Source: Candidatus Woesebacteria bacterium GW2011_GWA1_39_21 (GTDB lineage Bacteria; Patescibacteriota; Microgenomatia; UBA8517). From it: a DNA stretch of 64,000 nucleotides. Numbering within the stretch: the stretch's first letter is position 1; every line of letters starts with the position of its first letter. Below are positions 31,419 to 40,332 of this stretch, one piece after another. The notes beneath the pieces were generated by a model. It ran no database searches, was not told where the DNA came from, and was given only the letters and a program-made list of their open reading frames with translations. A program made the translations under genes and the position numbers. The stretch spans positions 6,196 through 70,195 of the forward strand of contig LBWP01000003.1 of the NCBI GenBank assembly GCA_000993685.1, given 5' to 3'.

Positions 31419-32558
31419 ATGGCTAATATTATAAAATGTCCGCATTGCAACAAGACTTTTGAGCTGACCGATGTGCTGCAGCATCAAATTGAAGAAAAGC
31501 TGACCGCCGATCTTTTCAAAAAACATCAAGAAGAACTCGAAACGGTTAAAAAGGAAGCAGAGCAAAAAATTAGGAAAGATCTTGAAGAAAAAACAAGTTT
31601 GGAAATGAGTGATCTTCAAAAACAGCTTTCGGAAAAAGAAGAGAAGGTTAATGAAATGCGCGGTAATGAATTGAAGTTACGTGAGGAGAAAAGAAAACTT
31701 CAAGAGAAGGAAAAAGATTTAGAGTTGGAAACGAAAAGAAGGATTGACGATGAAAGAAAAAAGATAGAAGAGTCTGTGTTGAAACAAGCTGTTGAAGAAC
31801 ATAGATTTCAGGATTTAGAGAAAGAACAAAAGATCGCGGCATTACAAAAACAATTGGAGGAGGCACTGCGTAAATCAAAAGTCGGATCACAGCAGCTTCA
31901 AGGGGAGGTCTTGGAATTAGATATCGAAGGTTTATTGAGGGACAGTTTTCCCTCAGACGAAGTTGCCCCGGTTGCAAAAGGAGTTAAAGGAGCAGATGTG
32001 CGCCAAATTGTTAAAAGCCCCAAAGGATATGCTGCAGGGGTTATCCTATGGGAGATCAAAAGGACAAAGGCATGGACGGATTCTTGGACCTCAAAGTTAA
32101 AAGAAGATTTGCGTGCTGAAACGGCCAATATCCCTGTAATTGTAACAACAACATTACCAAAAGATATTGACTCGGGTTTTGGCTTATACGATGGAGTTTG
32201 GGTTGTGTCGTTTAATTTGGTTGTGCCTGTGGCGACAATAATCAGAAAAAATTTACTTGATGTTCTCTTTGAAAAAGCAGTCTCATCGCACAAAGGGGAA
32301 AAGTCAGAGATCTTATACGAATATATTACCTCACATGAATTTCAACAACAAGTTGAGGCGATAGTTGAGGTTTATAACGAAATGAAGGGTCAGATTGAAA
32401 AGGAGAAGGCTGCGTTTGAGAAAATATGGAAGGCACGAGAAGGGCAAATGCAGCGCTTCATAAGTTCAACAGCTAATGTCGTTGGTTCAATTCAGGGGAG
32501 GATTGGTCAAACCGCTCTTCCGATAAAAGGGTTGGAACTTCTCGAAGATGGGGAGTAA
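31419..32558 (+). CDS. DUF2130-like coiled-coil protein
   Basis: N-terminal 'IKCPHC', coiled coil, 'SQQLQGEVLEL', 'WEIKRTK.W'. Confidence 0.8.
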   Translation: MANIIKCPHCNKTFELTDVLQHQIEEKLTADLFKKHQEELETVKKEAEQKIRKDLEEKTSLEMSDLQKQLSEKEEKVNEMRGNELKLREEKRKLQEKEKDLELETKRRIDDERKKIEESVLKQAVEEHRFQDLEKEQKIAALQKQLEEALRKSKVGSQQLQGEVLELDIEGLLRDSFPSDEVAPVAKGVKGADVRQIVKSPKGYAAGVILWEIKRTKAWTDSWTSKLKEDLRAETANIPVIVTTTLPKDIDSGFGLYDGVWVVSFNLVVPVATIIRKNLLDVLFEKAVSSHKGEKSEILYEYITSHEFQQQVEAIVEVYNEMKGQIEKEKAAFEKIWKAREGQMQRFISSTANVVGSIQGRIGQTALPIKGLELLEDGE

Positions 32559-32562
32559 TAAT

Positions 32563-33138
32563 TTAACTTTGAATTAGCTTCAGAAGAGATAGAAGCTGCA
32601 CGCGGTGGTAAGCGACAAACCATATCAGATATACGATTACCCCGGGGAAAATTAATACTTTTTCCACGAATTTTCCAGTCGTGATTCTCAGTGCTTTAAT
32701 AGGTGGAAAACCGATTTTAAATGGCAACGGAAAAAGAAGCGGAACACCTTCTTTGGTCAACATATCTGCACAGACGTGGGCTACGAAACCGACCATAATA
32801 CTAATGGTCACAAGCTCTATGTCGACGTAATTTGGATTTATTAGATGCAAAATGACAAAAGAAAGAATTTTGTAAAGAATGTACCCTCCAAGTATCGAGT
32901 GGGAAATCGTTCGATGTTCGAGCATCAGGTTTCGAAAAATTCTTCCTAAAAAATTTCCCGCGGGAAGAAGATCCCAAAGTCGGTTGGTAGCTTGATCCAT
33001 ATCAGGAATAAGCGATCCTATTGTGCAACCAATTAAAGATGCAATTGCAGTGTTTACGTTAAGGTTTTCTGGAGGAAAATTTGCTGCAACTGTAATTAGC
33101 GATGCAAAACCAATCATATCGTGAGTTCGCGATGTCAT
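32563..33138 (-). CDS. YdjM-like membrane metal-dependent hydrolase
   Basis: 'TH', 'PDMD', 'HRTISHS', 'HVCADMLT..G'. Confidence 0.85.
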   Translation of the reverse strand: MTSRTHDMIGFASLITVAANFPPENLNVNTAIASLIGCTIGSLIPDMDQATNRLWDLLPAGNFLGRIFRNLMLEHRTISHSILGGYILYKILSFVILHLINPNYVDIELVTISIMVGFVAHVCADMLTKEGVPLLFPLPFKIGFPPIKALRITTGKFVEKVLIFPGVIVYLIWFVAYHRVQLLSLLKLIQS

Positions 33139-33218
33139 AATAAGAAATATTAACACATTATAGTTGACGGTTTATTCGATGTAGAAATTAAACGTTACTT
33201 CGGATTATAATTACAAAT

Positions 33219-34598
33219 ATGGCTGACACCAATTCTTCAGGATTGATAGATAAGATAACAGCGCTTTGTAAAAGAAGAGGCTTTGTTTTTCCTTCGTCAG
33301 AGCTTTACGGAGGTTTAGCTAATGTCTGGGATTTTGGACCGGTTGGAATTCTTTTGAAAAATAACATCCGTGATCTCTGGTGGAAACATTTTGTTTCGGA
33401 CCGTGATGATATGGTTGGAATTGATGCCTCGGCAATTCTCCGCCCGGAAGTTTGGGCTGCTTCTGGACATGTGTCAGGTTTTAATGATGCGATGGTCGAT
33501 TGCAAGGAATGTAGAAATAGGCTTCGGGCTGATCATTTGATTGAGGATGTGATTCCTGAGAAAAAAGTTGAGGGTTTGTCGTATCCACAGTTAGATAAAA
33601 TAATTTCAGAAAACAAAATTAAGTGCCCCAAGTGTGGTAAATCGAATTGGACGAAAGTTCGAAAGTTTAGCCAGCTCGTTGAAGTAAAAATCGGTGTTTT
33701 AGAGGAAGGTAAAGATTTGGCGTATCTTCGCGGTGAGATTGCGCAGGGCATTTTTTTAAATTTTAAAAATGTTGTTAACTCAACAAGAGTGAAAATTCCT
33801 TTTGGTATTGCACAAGTTGGGAAGGCATATCGTAATGAGGTCACCATGGGGCAGTTTATACACCGTACTTTTGAATTTGATCTGATGGAATTCGAATATT
33901 TTATTAAGTCTGAAAATTGGGAAGAGATCTATGAAATGTGGCGTGATGAAATGTGGAAATGGGCGCTTTCTTTGGGAATTAAAGAGGAAAATCTGCGCTG
34001 GCGCGAACATGGGGAATTTGAAAGATCGTTTTATTCAAATAAGACAATGGATATTGAATATAAATATCCGTTCGGCTGGAAAGAAATGTTTGGAATTGCT
34101 TATCGCTCTGACTATGATTTGTCAAACCATACGGAAAAATCAGGAAAAGATTTGTCATACAACGATCCGATAACTGGTACGTCATTTATTCCACATGTGG
34201 TTGAACCGACTTTCGGGTTATCACGATTAACTGGAATAACTTTATTTAACGCTTATACAGAAGTGGGAGATCGAGTTTTATTAAAGTTAGATCCAAAGCT
34301 GGCGCCGTACAAAGTTGCCGTTTTTCCACTATTGGCAAACAAGCCCGATTTGGTCGTTAAAGCAAAAGATATTTACCATAAGCTAAAGACAAATTTTGTC
34401 TGCGTTTGGGATGATCGGGGGAATATTGGAAAACGCTATTTTGCACAGGATGAAATCGGTACGCCCTGGTGTGTGACAGTTGATTTCCAAACTCTTGAAG
34501 ATGACACAGTTACGGTGCGTGACAGAGATACTTCAGAACAGGAAAGGGTGAGTGTTGAAAAATTGCCGGAATACTTTACGAGCAAGTTAGAAAAGTAA
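33219..34598 (+). CDS. glyS: Glycine--tRNA ligase (alpha2 type)
   Basis: 'CKRRGFVF', 'ASGH', 'YLRGE.AQG', 'IGKRY...DEIGTP'. Confidence 0.95.
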   Translation: MADTNSSGLIDKITALCKRRGFVFPSSELYGGLANVWDFGPVGILLKNNIRDLWWKHFVSDRDDMVGIDASAILRPEVWAASGHVSGFNDAMVDCKECRNRLRADHLIEDVIPEKKVEGLSYPQLDKIISENKIKCPKCGKSNWTKVRKFSQLVEVKIGVLEEGKDLAYLRGEIAQGIFLNFKNVVNSTRVKIPFGIAQVGKAYRNEVTMGQFIHRTFEFDLMEFEYFIKSENWEEIYEMWRDEMWKWALSLGIKEENLRWREHGEFERSFYSNKTMDIEYKYPFGWKEMFGIAYRSDYDLSNHTEKSGKDLSYNDPITGTSFIPHVVEPTFGLSRLTGITLFNAYTEVGDRVLLKLDPKLAPYKVAVFPLLANKPDLVVKAKDIYHKLKTNFVCVWDDRGNIGKRYFAQDEIGTPWCVTVDFQTLEDDTVTVRDRDTSEQERVSVEKLPEYFTSKLEK

Positions 34599-34650
34599 CG
34601 CTTATGTCCTTGACTAGGAGGGTATCGACATTTAAAAATATAAGTAGTTT

Positions 34651-35394
34651 ATGAGAAAATTTATCCCCTTTGCAGTTTTAATTTTGGGAGTTGTTGTTGT
34701 TGCCGGAGCCTTTTTGTTTTTGAAAAACAGAGGTCGCGGGATGGTGGACGATCAGCAAATATCTGATGCAGACGTTGCACCGGCTGTTTCGTTGGATAAA
34801 AGACCAGTTGTTTCACTAACGCCGTCATCAGATGGGCACTGGTTGAAAATGGAAATTAAAAAGATTTCAATTGATGCGGCAACTTTGGATTATGAACTGA
34901 CATACAAAGTTCCTGATGGGCGAACTCAAGGAGTTCCTGGAACTTGGAAATTGGCAACAAAAGACGATATTGCAAAAGACATGCTTTTGGGATCTGAATC
35001 TTCTGGGAGGTTCCGCTATGACGAGGGTGTTGAAAATGGAAATTTGACACTTCGTTTTCGTGACACTAATGGTAAGTTGGTTGCTAAATTCGAAACTAAT
35101 TTTAAGTTGTACTCCAATGTGGAAAATCTTGCGTCTGAAGATGACGTTTTTTCGCTGACTTTGGGTAGAGCTAACGCTAGGGCGTTTTTTGTGGTGATGG
35201 GCACCGTCGGTTATTCTGGAAACGATAAATTGAGTGATTCAACCAAACTCTATGGATTTTTTACGTCATCGTCTGATAAGTACCCCGCAGTAGTCAAAAT
35301 GGAGGGCGCATCCAACTTAAAATATTGGGATGGAAGTAGCTGGACGAGCAGCTTTGATAAAGTGGGTAGCGGAATTTTTGCAGGTTCCTATTAA
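34651..35394 (+). CDS. Hypothetical membrane-anchored protein
   Basis: N-terminal TM helix; 'LLGSESSG..RYDEGV'. Confidence 0.65.
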   Translation: MRKFIPFAVLILGVVVVAGAFLFLKNRGRGMVDDQQISDADVAPAVSLDKRPVVSLTPSSDGHWLKMEIKKISIDAATLDYELTYKVPDGRTQGVPGTWKLATKDDIAKDMLLGSESSGRFRYDEGVENGNLTLRFRDTNGKLVAKFETNFKLYSNVENLASEDDVFSLTLGRANARAFFVVMGTVGYSGNDKLSDSTKLYGFFTSSSDKYPAVVKMEGASNLKYWDGSSWTSSFDKVGSGIFAGSY

Positions 35395-35506
35395 TTTTCT
35401 TCAGTTAATTTAATCATCGATACGTTGGCAACAATTACCTGTGAAACACCTTAGTGCTTTTGGGCAATTTAATCTTACACTGTTGTCTCTTCGGGTTCTT
35501 TCTGCC

Positions 35507-35559
35507 TTGACAGAGCTGTGAAAATATATAAGAATGGTGTAAAGTGGTGAAAAGTGGTA
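35507..35559 (+). promoter_or_regulatory. dcw promoter with MraZ-type operator repeats
   Basis: TTGACA at 35507, and three RTGGT boxes at 35534, 35544 and 35554 (10-nt period) just upstream of mraZ. Confidence 0.75.
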
Positions 35560-35580
35560 AATTATATATAGCTTTACTAC

Positions 35581-36027
35581 ATGTTGATCGGACAATATAT
35601 TTCAAAGATTACCGAAAAAAACAGAATTTCGCTACCAAAGAAATTTAGGAGTGAGCTTGGAGATAGGGTGATTATCGCAAAATGGTACGAAGGCTGTTGC
35701 GTGATTGTTTCTGAGGTCAGTTGGAATCAAATATTAAAGATGTTGACGGGAAGAATGAGTACATTAACAAGAGCAGTGAGAGATACTGACAGATTTATTT
35801 TAGGTTCAGCCTATGAATTAGACCTTGATCTTCAGGGAAGGTTTGTAATTCCAGGTACTCTTAAAGATTATGCAGATCTTTCCGAGGATGTGGTCTTTTT
35901 AGGTTTGGGGAACAGAATAGAATTATGGAATTTGGATGTCTGGGTGAAGAAGGAAAAGAGTGTTCAGGGAAGCGCTGAAGAAGCGCTCGAATCAATGGCT
36001 GTCCAAAGTACGTCAAATGAAGAATAA
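35581..36027 (+). CDS. mraZ: Transcriptional regulator MraZ
   Basis: 'KNRISLPKKFR', 'DLQGRFVIP', 'GNRIELW'. Confidence 0.95.
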   Translation: MLIGQYISKITEKNRISLPKKFRSELGDRVIIAKWYEGCCVIVSEVSWNQILKMLTGRMSTLTRAVRDTDRFILGSAYELDLDLQGRFVIPGTLKDYADLSEDVVFLGLGNRIELWNLDVWVKKEKSVQGSAEEALESMAVQSTSNEE

Positions 36028-37021
36028 TTTAATAGGGGTTTTGGAGCCTGTTCATAAACCAGTCCTGTTGAAAGAAGTGTTGGCAGCTTTTGAACATATT
36101 GCACCTTTAAATAATCAAGCTCACAAGGGTAATAAACCGATTGTTGTTGATGCGACATTGGGAGCTGGAGGACACGCGAAGGAGTTAATCCGACGCGGTT
36201 TTTACGTTTTGGGGATTGATGCAAATAGGAAGATGGTAAAAATTGCCGGGGAAAATTTACGAAATTTTGTTACAAGTGAATTTGCTCATCGGGCCGAGAG
36301 GCTCTCTGAGCCAGAGGCCTGCCCAACCGGAAATTTTGATGAATTCTTCAAAATCGTAACAAGTAATTTTGTATCTATTGATCGCGTTGCTCATGAAAGC
36401 GGATTTGAAAATGTTGATGGGATACTCTTTGATTTGGGAATTAGCTCGTATCACTATCAATTTTCAAGCGGATTTTCTTTCCAAAATCCAGATCTTGCCC
36501 TTGATATGCGTTTGTCCGATTCACAAAACGTTACGGCGGCAGATTTGTTGAATGCGCTTCCATATAAAAAGTTAGCGGAGTTATTCGCACAAACAATACC
36601 TGGGAAAGCAAAAAGATTGGCGAGATGTGTGGAACAGTCCCGCAGAAATCGTAAGATTGAAACAGTCGGCGACTTTTTGAAGATTGTCGACTCTGCAATT
36701 TTTATTACAAAGCGAATGGTCGGTAAGAACCAAAGCCCTTACACGCTGCCGTTTTTGGCCCTAAGAATTGCGGTAAATTACGAGCTTGATAATTTAAAAA
36801 TAGCACTGAATAAGTCATGCGGAGTTTTAAAAGATGGAGGTGTGTTAGCCGTTATCAGTTTCCATTCAGGTGAAGATAAAATCGTGAAGGATATTTTTAA
36901 AGACCTGGTGGAAAAAAAACTGATGAAATGGAAAGAAAAGTTAGTTATACCAAGTACAATTGAAATTTTAAACAATCCGAGGTCGAGGAGTGCAAAGTTG
37001 AGGGTAATTTCGAGATTATGA
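36017..37021 (+). CDS. rsmH: 16S rRNA methyltransferase RsmH
   Basis: 'HKPVLL.E', 'DATLGAGGH', 'DLGISS', 'ISFHSGED', 'NPRSRSAKLR'. Confidence 0.95.
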   Translation: MKNNLIGVLEPVHKPVLLKEVLAAFEHIAPLNNQAHKGNKPIVVDATLGAGGHAKELIRRGFYVLGIDANRKMVKIAGENLRNFVTSEFAHRAERLSEPEACPTGNFDEFFKIVTSNFVSIDRVAHESGFENVDGILFDLGISSYHYQFSSGFSFQNPDLALDMRLSDSQNVTAADLLNALPYKKLAELFAQTIPGKAKRLARCVEQSRRNRKIETVGDFLKIVDSAIFITKRMVGKNQSPYTLPFLALRIAVNYELDNLKIALNKSCGVLKDGGVLAVISFHSGEDKIVKDIFKDLVEKKLMKWKEKLVIPSTIEILNNPRSRSAKLRVISRL

Positions 37022-37308
37022 AAAATAACGCGGCGAAAGTAAAATTATTTTTGACAGCGACTTTACTTATTGGGTTTGTCGTAAATGGTGTGATTATTAC
37101 AATTTATAACGTTGACAAATCAACAGATACGGCTTCGATTACTTCACAAATTGACAAATTAAAAATGAAAAACAGTAAATTAACAGAGCAAATTTCGCAA
37201 GCGGATTCATTGACGGATTTGATGCGACAATCGAACGAGATTGGTTTTCAGGAAAGTTCTGATATCTTATACTTCAAACAAAGAGATACAATAGCTCAGG
37301 CGCGTTGA
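37018..37308 (+). CDS. ftsL: FtsL-like cell division protein
   Basis: TM plus coiled coil, located between rsmH and ftsI. Confidence 0.65.
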   Translation: MKNNAAKVKLFLTATLLIGFVVNGVIITIYNVDKSTDTASITSQIDKLKMKNSKLTEQISQADSLTDLMRQSNEIGFQESSDILYFKQRDTIAQAR

Positions 37309-37309
37309 T

Positions 37310-39043
37310 ATGCAGCTAAGATTGAGAATTTACACAATTGTATCATTTGTCCTGTTTATAGTGCTTATTTCTCGTTTCTTTTATTGGCAAATAATCAGAT
37401 CGAAGGACCTATCAGATGAGGTTCGTCCACAACATGAGAAGAAATCGATTGAAGTTGCTTATCGCGGGAAAATTCTTGCGTCCGATGGGACGGTTCTTGT
37501 TGGTCAGGCAGATTCTTGGAATTTATTTGCCGAACCCAAAAGAATGATCAATTCTAATTCCGATGCGGAGAAGTTGTCGCAACTACTTGTTGAAGATGTT
37601 TATGACACGAAAATGCTCGGCGAAGAAGTAAGACGAATAGAGTCTTTGGTTTCAGATAAAAATAAATCTTGGGTACCTTTGAAAAACAGACTAACTACAG
37701 AAGTTAAAGATCAGATTGAAGCGCAAAAAATTGAAGGAATTGGTTTTGATAGAGACGAGGTAAGAGTCTATCCTGAAGCCTCAGCTGCAGCACAACTTCT
37801 TGGATTTCTTGGAAAAAATGATATAAGTGAAAATCAAGGTTATTTCGGTATAGAAGGTTTTTACCATACGACGCTGTCTGCATCGTATGGTATCGAGAAG
37901 CGGGAAACTGATCTTCGTGGTTTACCAATTCTTTTCGGTCAGAGCAAAAGCGTCCCTTCTTATTCTGGCGCTGATTTAGTTACTTATATCGACAAGGGTG
38001 TTCAACTTATGGCTGAAGAAGAATTGAAAAATGGTGTTGAGAAATACGGTGCTGTCAATGGTTCGGTGGTTGTTATTGATCCTTCAACCGGTGGTGTATT
38101 GGCGATGGCTTCTGTCCCTTCATTTGACCCGCGAAAATATTGGGAGTACGCCAACGACTTGTTTTTAAATCCCGTGATTTCCGCCTCGTTTGAACCTGGG
38201 TCAGTCTTCAAGATTATTACGATGGCTGCGGGACTGGATTCTAACGCAATAGATGTTGATACAAAATGTGACATTTGTTCTGGTCCGCTTCGGATGGGTG
38301 AATACACGATTCACACGTGGAACGATCAATATTTTCCGGAGTCTTCAATGACAGATATTATTGTTCATTCCGATAATGTTGGTATGGTGTTTGTTGCGCA
38401 AAAGACGGGGATTGATAAAAATTTACAGTATTTGGAAAAGTTCGGGCTTGGTAAAAAAACAGAAATCGACCTCCAGGGTGAGATGACGCCACAGTTGAGG
38501 AAAGAGAAAGATTGGAAAGAGATTGACTTGGCAACATCAAGTTTTGGGCAGGGAATAGCTGTAACACCAATCCAGATGATTAGTGCTGTCAATGTCATTG
38601 CAAATGACGGTGTGTCTATTAAACCAAAAGTTGTTAAACAAATTACTGTTGGTGATAAAGTTTATACAGTACAAGATTCGGAAACAGGACATCGCGTGAT
38701 ATCAAAAAATACTGCGGATGAAATTACGCAAATGATGGTGGAAGCTGCAAAATATGGTGAGTCAAAATGGACGTATAAAAGGGGTTACGGTGTTGCTGGA
38801 AAAACTGGTACTGCGCAGATACCCATTTCCGGCCACTATGATGCAGAAAAGACTGTTGCGAGTTTTGTTGGCTTTGCCCCTTACCGGAACCCTAAATTTA
38901 TTATGCTTGTAACTTTGAGAGAACCCAAAAGTTCCCAGTGGGCTTCCGAAACTGCAGCACCGCTCTGGTATAATATTGCTGAGAGATTATTTTTACATTT
39001 TGGCATAACTCCACAACCGGAGTATAATCGAGTATTACCGTGA
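37310..39043 (+). CDS. ftsI: Class B penicillin-binding protein (FtsI-like)
   Basis: 'EPGSVFK' (SxxK), 'SDN', 'KTGTAQ'. Confidence 0.9.
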   Translation: MQLRLRIYTIVSFVLFIVLISRFFYWQIIRSKDLSDEVRPQHEKKSIEVAYRGKILASDGTVLVGQADSWNLFAEPKRMINSNSDAEKLSQLLVEDVYDTKMLGEEVRRIESLVSDKNKSWVPLKNRLTTEVKDQIEAQKIEGIGFDRDEVRVYPEASAAAQLLGFLGKNDISENQGYFGIEGFYHTTLSASYGIEKRETDLRGLPILFGQSKSVPSYSGADLVTYIDKGVQLMAEEELKNGVEKYGAVNGSVVVIDPSTGGVLAMASVPSFDPRKYWEYANDLFLNPVISASFEPGSVFKIITMAAGLDSNAIDVDTKCDICSGPLRMGEYTIHTWNDQYFPESSMTDIIVHSDNVGMVFVAQKTGIDKNLQYLEKFGLGKKTEIDLQGEMTPQLRKEKDWKEIDLATSSFGQGIAVTPIQMISAVNVIANDGVSIKPKVVKQITVGDKVYTVQDSETGHRVISKNTADEITQMMVEAAKYGESKWTYKRGYGVAGKTGTAQIPISGHYDAEKTVASFVGFAPYRNPKFIMLVTLREPKSSQWASETAAPLWYNIAERLFLHFGITPQPEYNRVLP

Positions 39044-40332
39044 ACATTAGAATTCAAGGTGGGCAAAAGTTAAACGGTGTAATTAAGCCTTCAGGTAGTA
39101 AAAACTCTGCTGTTTCAATCATTCCCTCCACATTGATGTTTGATACCCCAGTGACTTTGATGAACGTTCCAGAGATAACGGACGTAAATAAACTAATTGC
39201 CATCATGCAGAAACTGGGAAGCAAAATTGATTGGCAAAAAAAAGAAGGCGTGATGAAAATTGATAACCGAAAAATTTCTTTCGAAAAAGTTACGCGTGAA
39301 GATTGGAATGCAATGCGTGGAACATCACTTTTATGGGGTCCAATGCTTGCGCGATTTGGGAAAGTTGATTTTGGGGGATTACCTGGAGGTTGTACTCTTG
39401 GCTTTAGGACGCTTTCGCCACACTATAAAGCTTTTGAGGATTTGGGAGTGGAAGTCAAAGAGGGGGAAAATGGAATAAGAATGGATGCAGCTCGCGCCAA
39501 AGCTGGGAGTATTTGGCTTCGTGAAATGAGTCCGACTGCAACGGAGAACGCGATTATGCTAGCGCTGTCCTTGAAAGGAAATACGCAAATCTACGGTGCA
39601 GCATCAGAGCCACAAGTTCAAGATTTATGCATGTTTTTGAATAATGCCGGTGCTCATATTTCTGGTGTTAGTTCGAGTATCTTGAATATTGAAGGCGGGA
39701 ATACTTTGAGAAAAGTGGAATATGCAATGTTCAGCGATCATTACGAGATAGCTACTTTTTTGGCTATGGCGGCAATTACGGGTGGTCGTATTGAAGTCCA
39801 AAATTCGCAACCAGAACTTTTTGAGCATATCAACTATATTTTTTCCCGTTTCGGGGTTGTGGTTGATTATCACAAAACTACAGCGGTGGTTGAAGCCAAT
39901 CAGAAGATAAGGGTCATACCTGAAGATAGTGGAAGAAATTACTTAAGCATCAAGGCGCAGCCATGGCCATCGTTACCAGTTGATCTTCTTCCAATATATA
40001 TACCCATCTCTCTAAAAGCAAAAAGTGGTGTGACGCTTTTTCACAATTGGATGTACGATTCAGGGCTTTTCTGGACAAGCGAATTAACAAAACTGGGTGC
40101 AAATATTATCATGTGTGATCCGCACAGAATAATTACAATTGCCGGGGAGAAGCTAAGAGGAGCAACTATCGAGGCACCATATATTATCCGAGCTGTAGTT
40201 TCAATGGTTTTAGCATGTATGATTGCCGAGGGAGAATCAACAATTTTAAACGCGGATGCTCTCTATCGTGGCCATCCATATTTTGCCGAGAACCTTCAGA
40301 AACTGGGAGCAAAAATTGAAGAAGTGAAATGA
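39040..40332 (+). CDS. murA: UDP-GlcNAc 1-carboxyvinyltransferase
   Basis: 'SGSKNS', 'PGGCTLGFR', 'ATEN'. Confidence 0.92.
   Translation: MNIRIQGGQKLNGVIKPSGSKNSAVSIIPSTLMFDTPVTLMNVPEITDVNKLIAIMQKLGSKIDWQKKEGVMKIDNRKISFEKVTREDWNAMRGTSLLWGPMLARFGKVDFGGLPGGCTLGFRTLSPHYKAFEDLGVEVKEGENGIRMDAARAKAGSIWLREMSPTATENAIMLALSLKGNTQIYGAASEPQVQDLCMFLNNAGAHISGVSSSILNIEGGNTLRKVEYAMFSDHYEIATFLAMAAITGGRIEVQNSQPELFEHINYIFSRFGVVVDYHKTTAVVEANQKIRVIPEDSGRNYLSIKAQPWPSLPVDLLPIYIPISLKAKSGVTLFHNWMYDSGLFWTSELTKLGANIIMCDPHRIITIAGEKLRGATIEAPYIIRAVVSMVLACMIAEGESTILNADALYRGHPYFAENLQKLGAKIEEVK

Noticed and set aside
35534-35559. Short direct repeats as a novel array
   Set aside because: Position and 10-nt period match known MraZ operator boxes.
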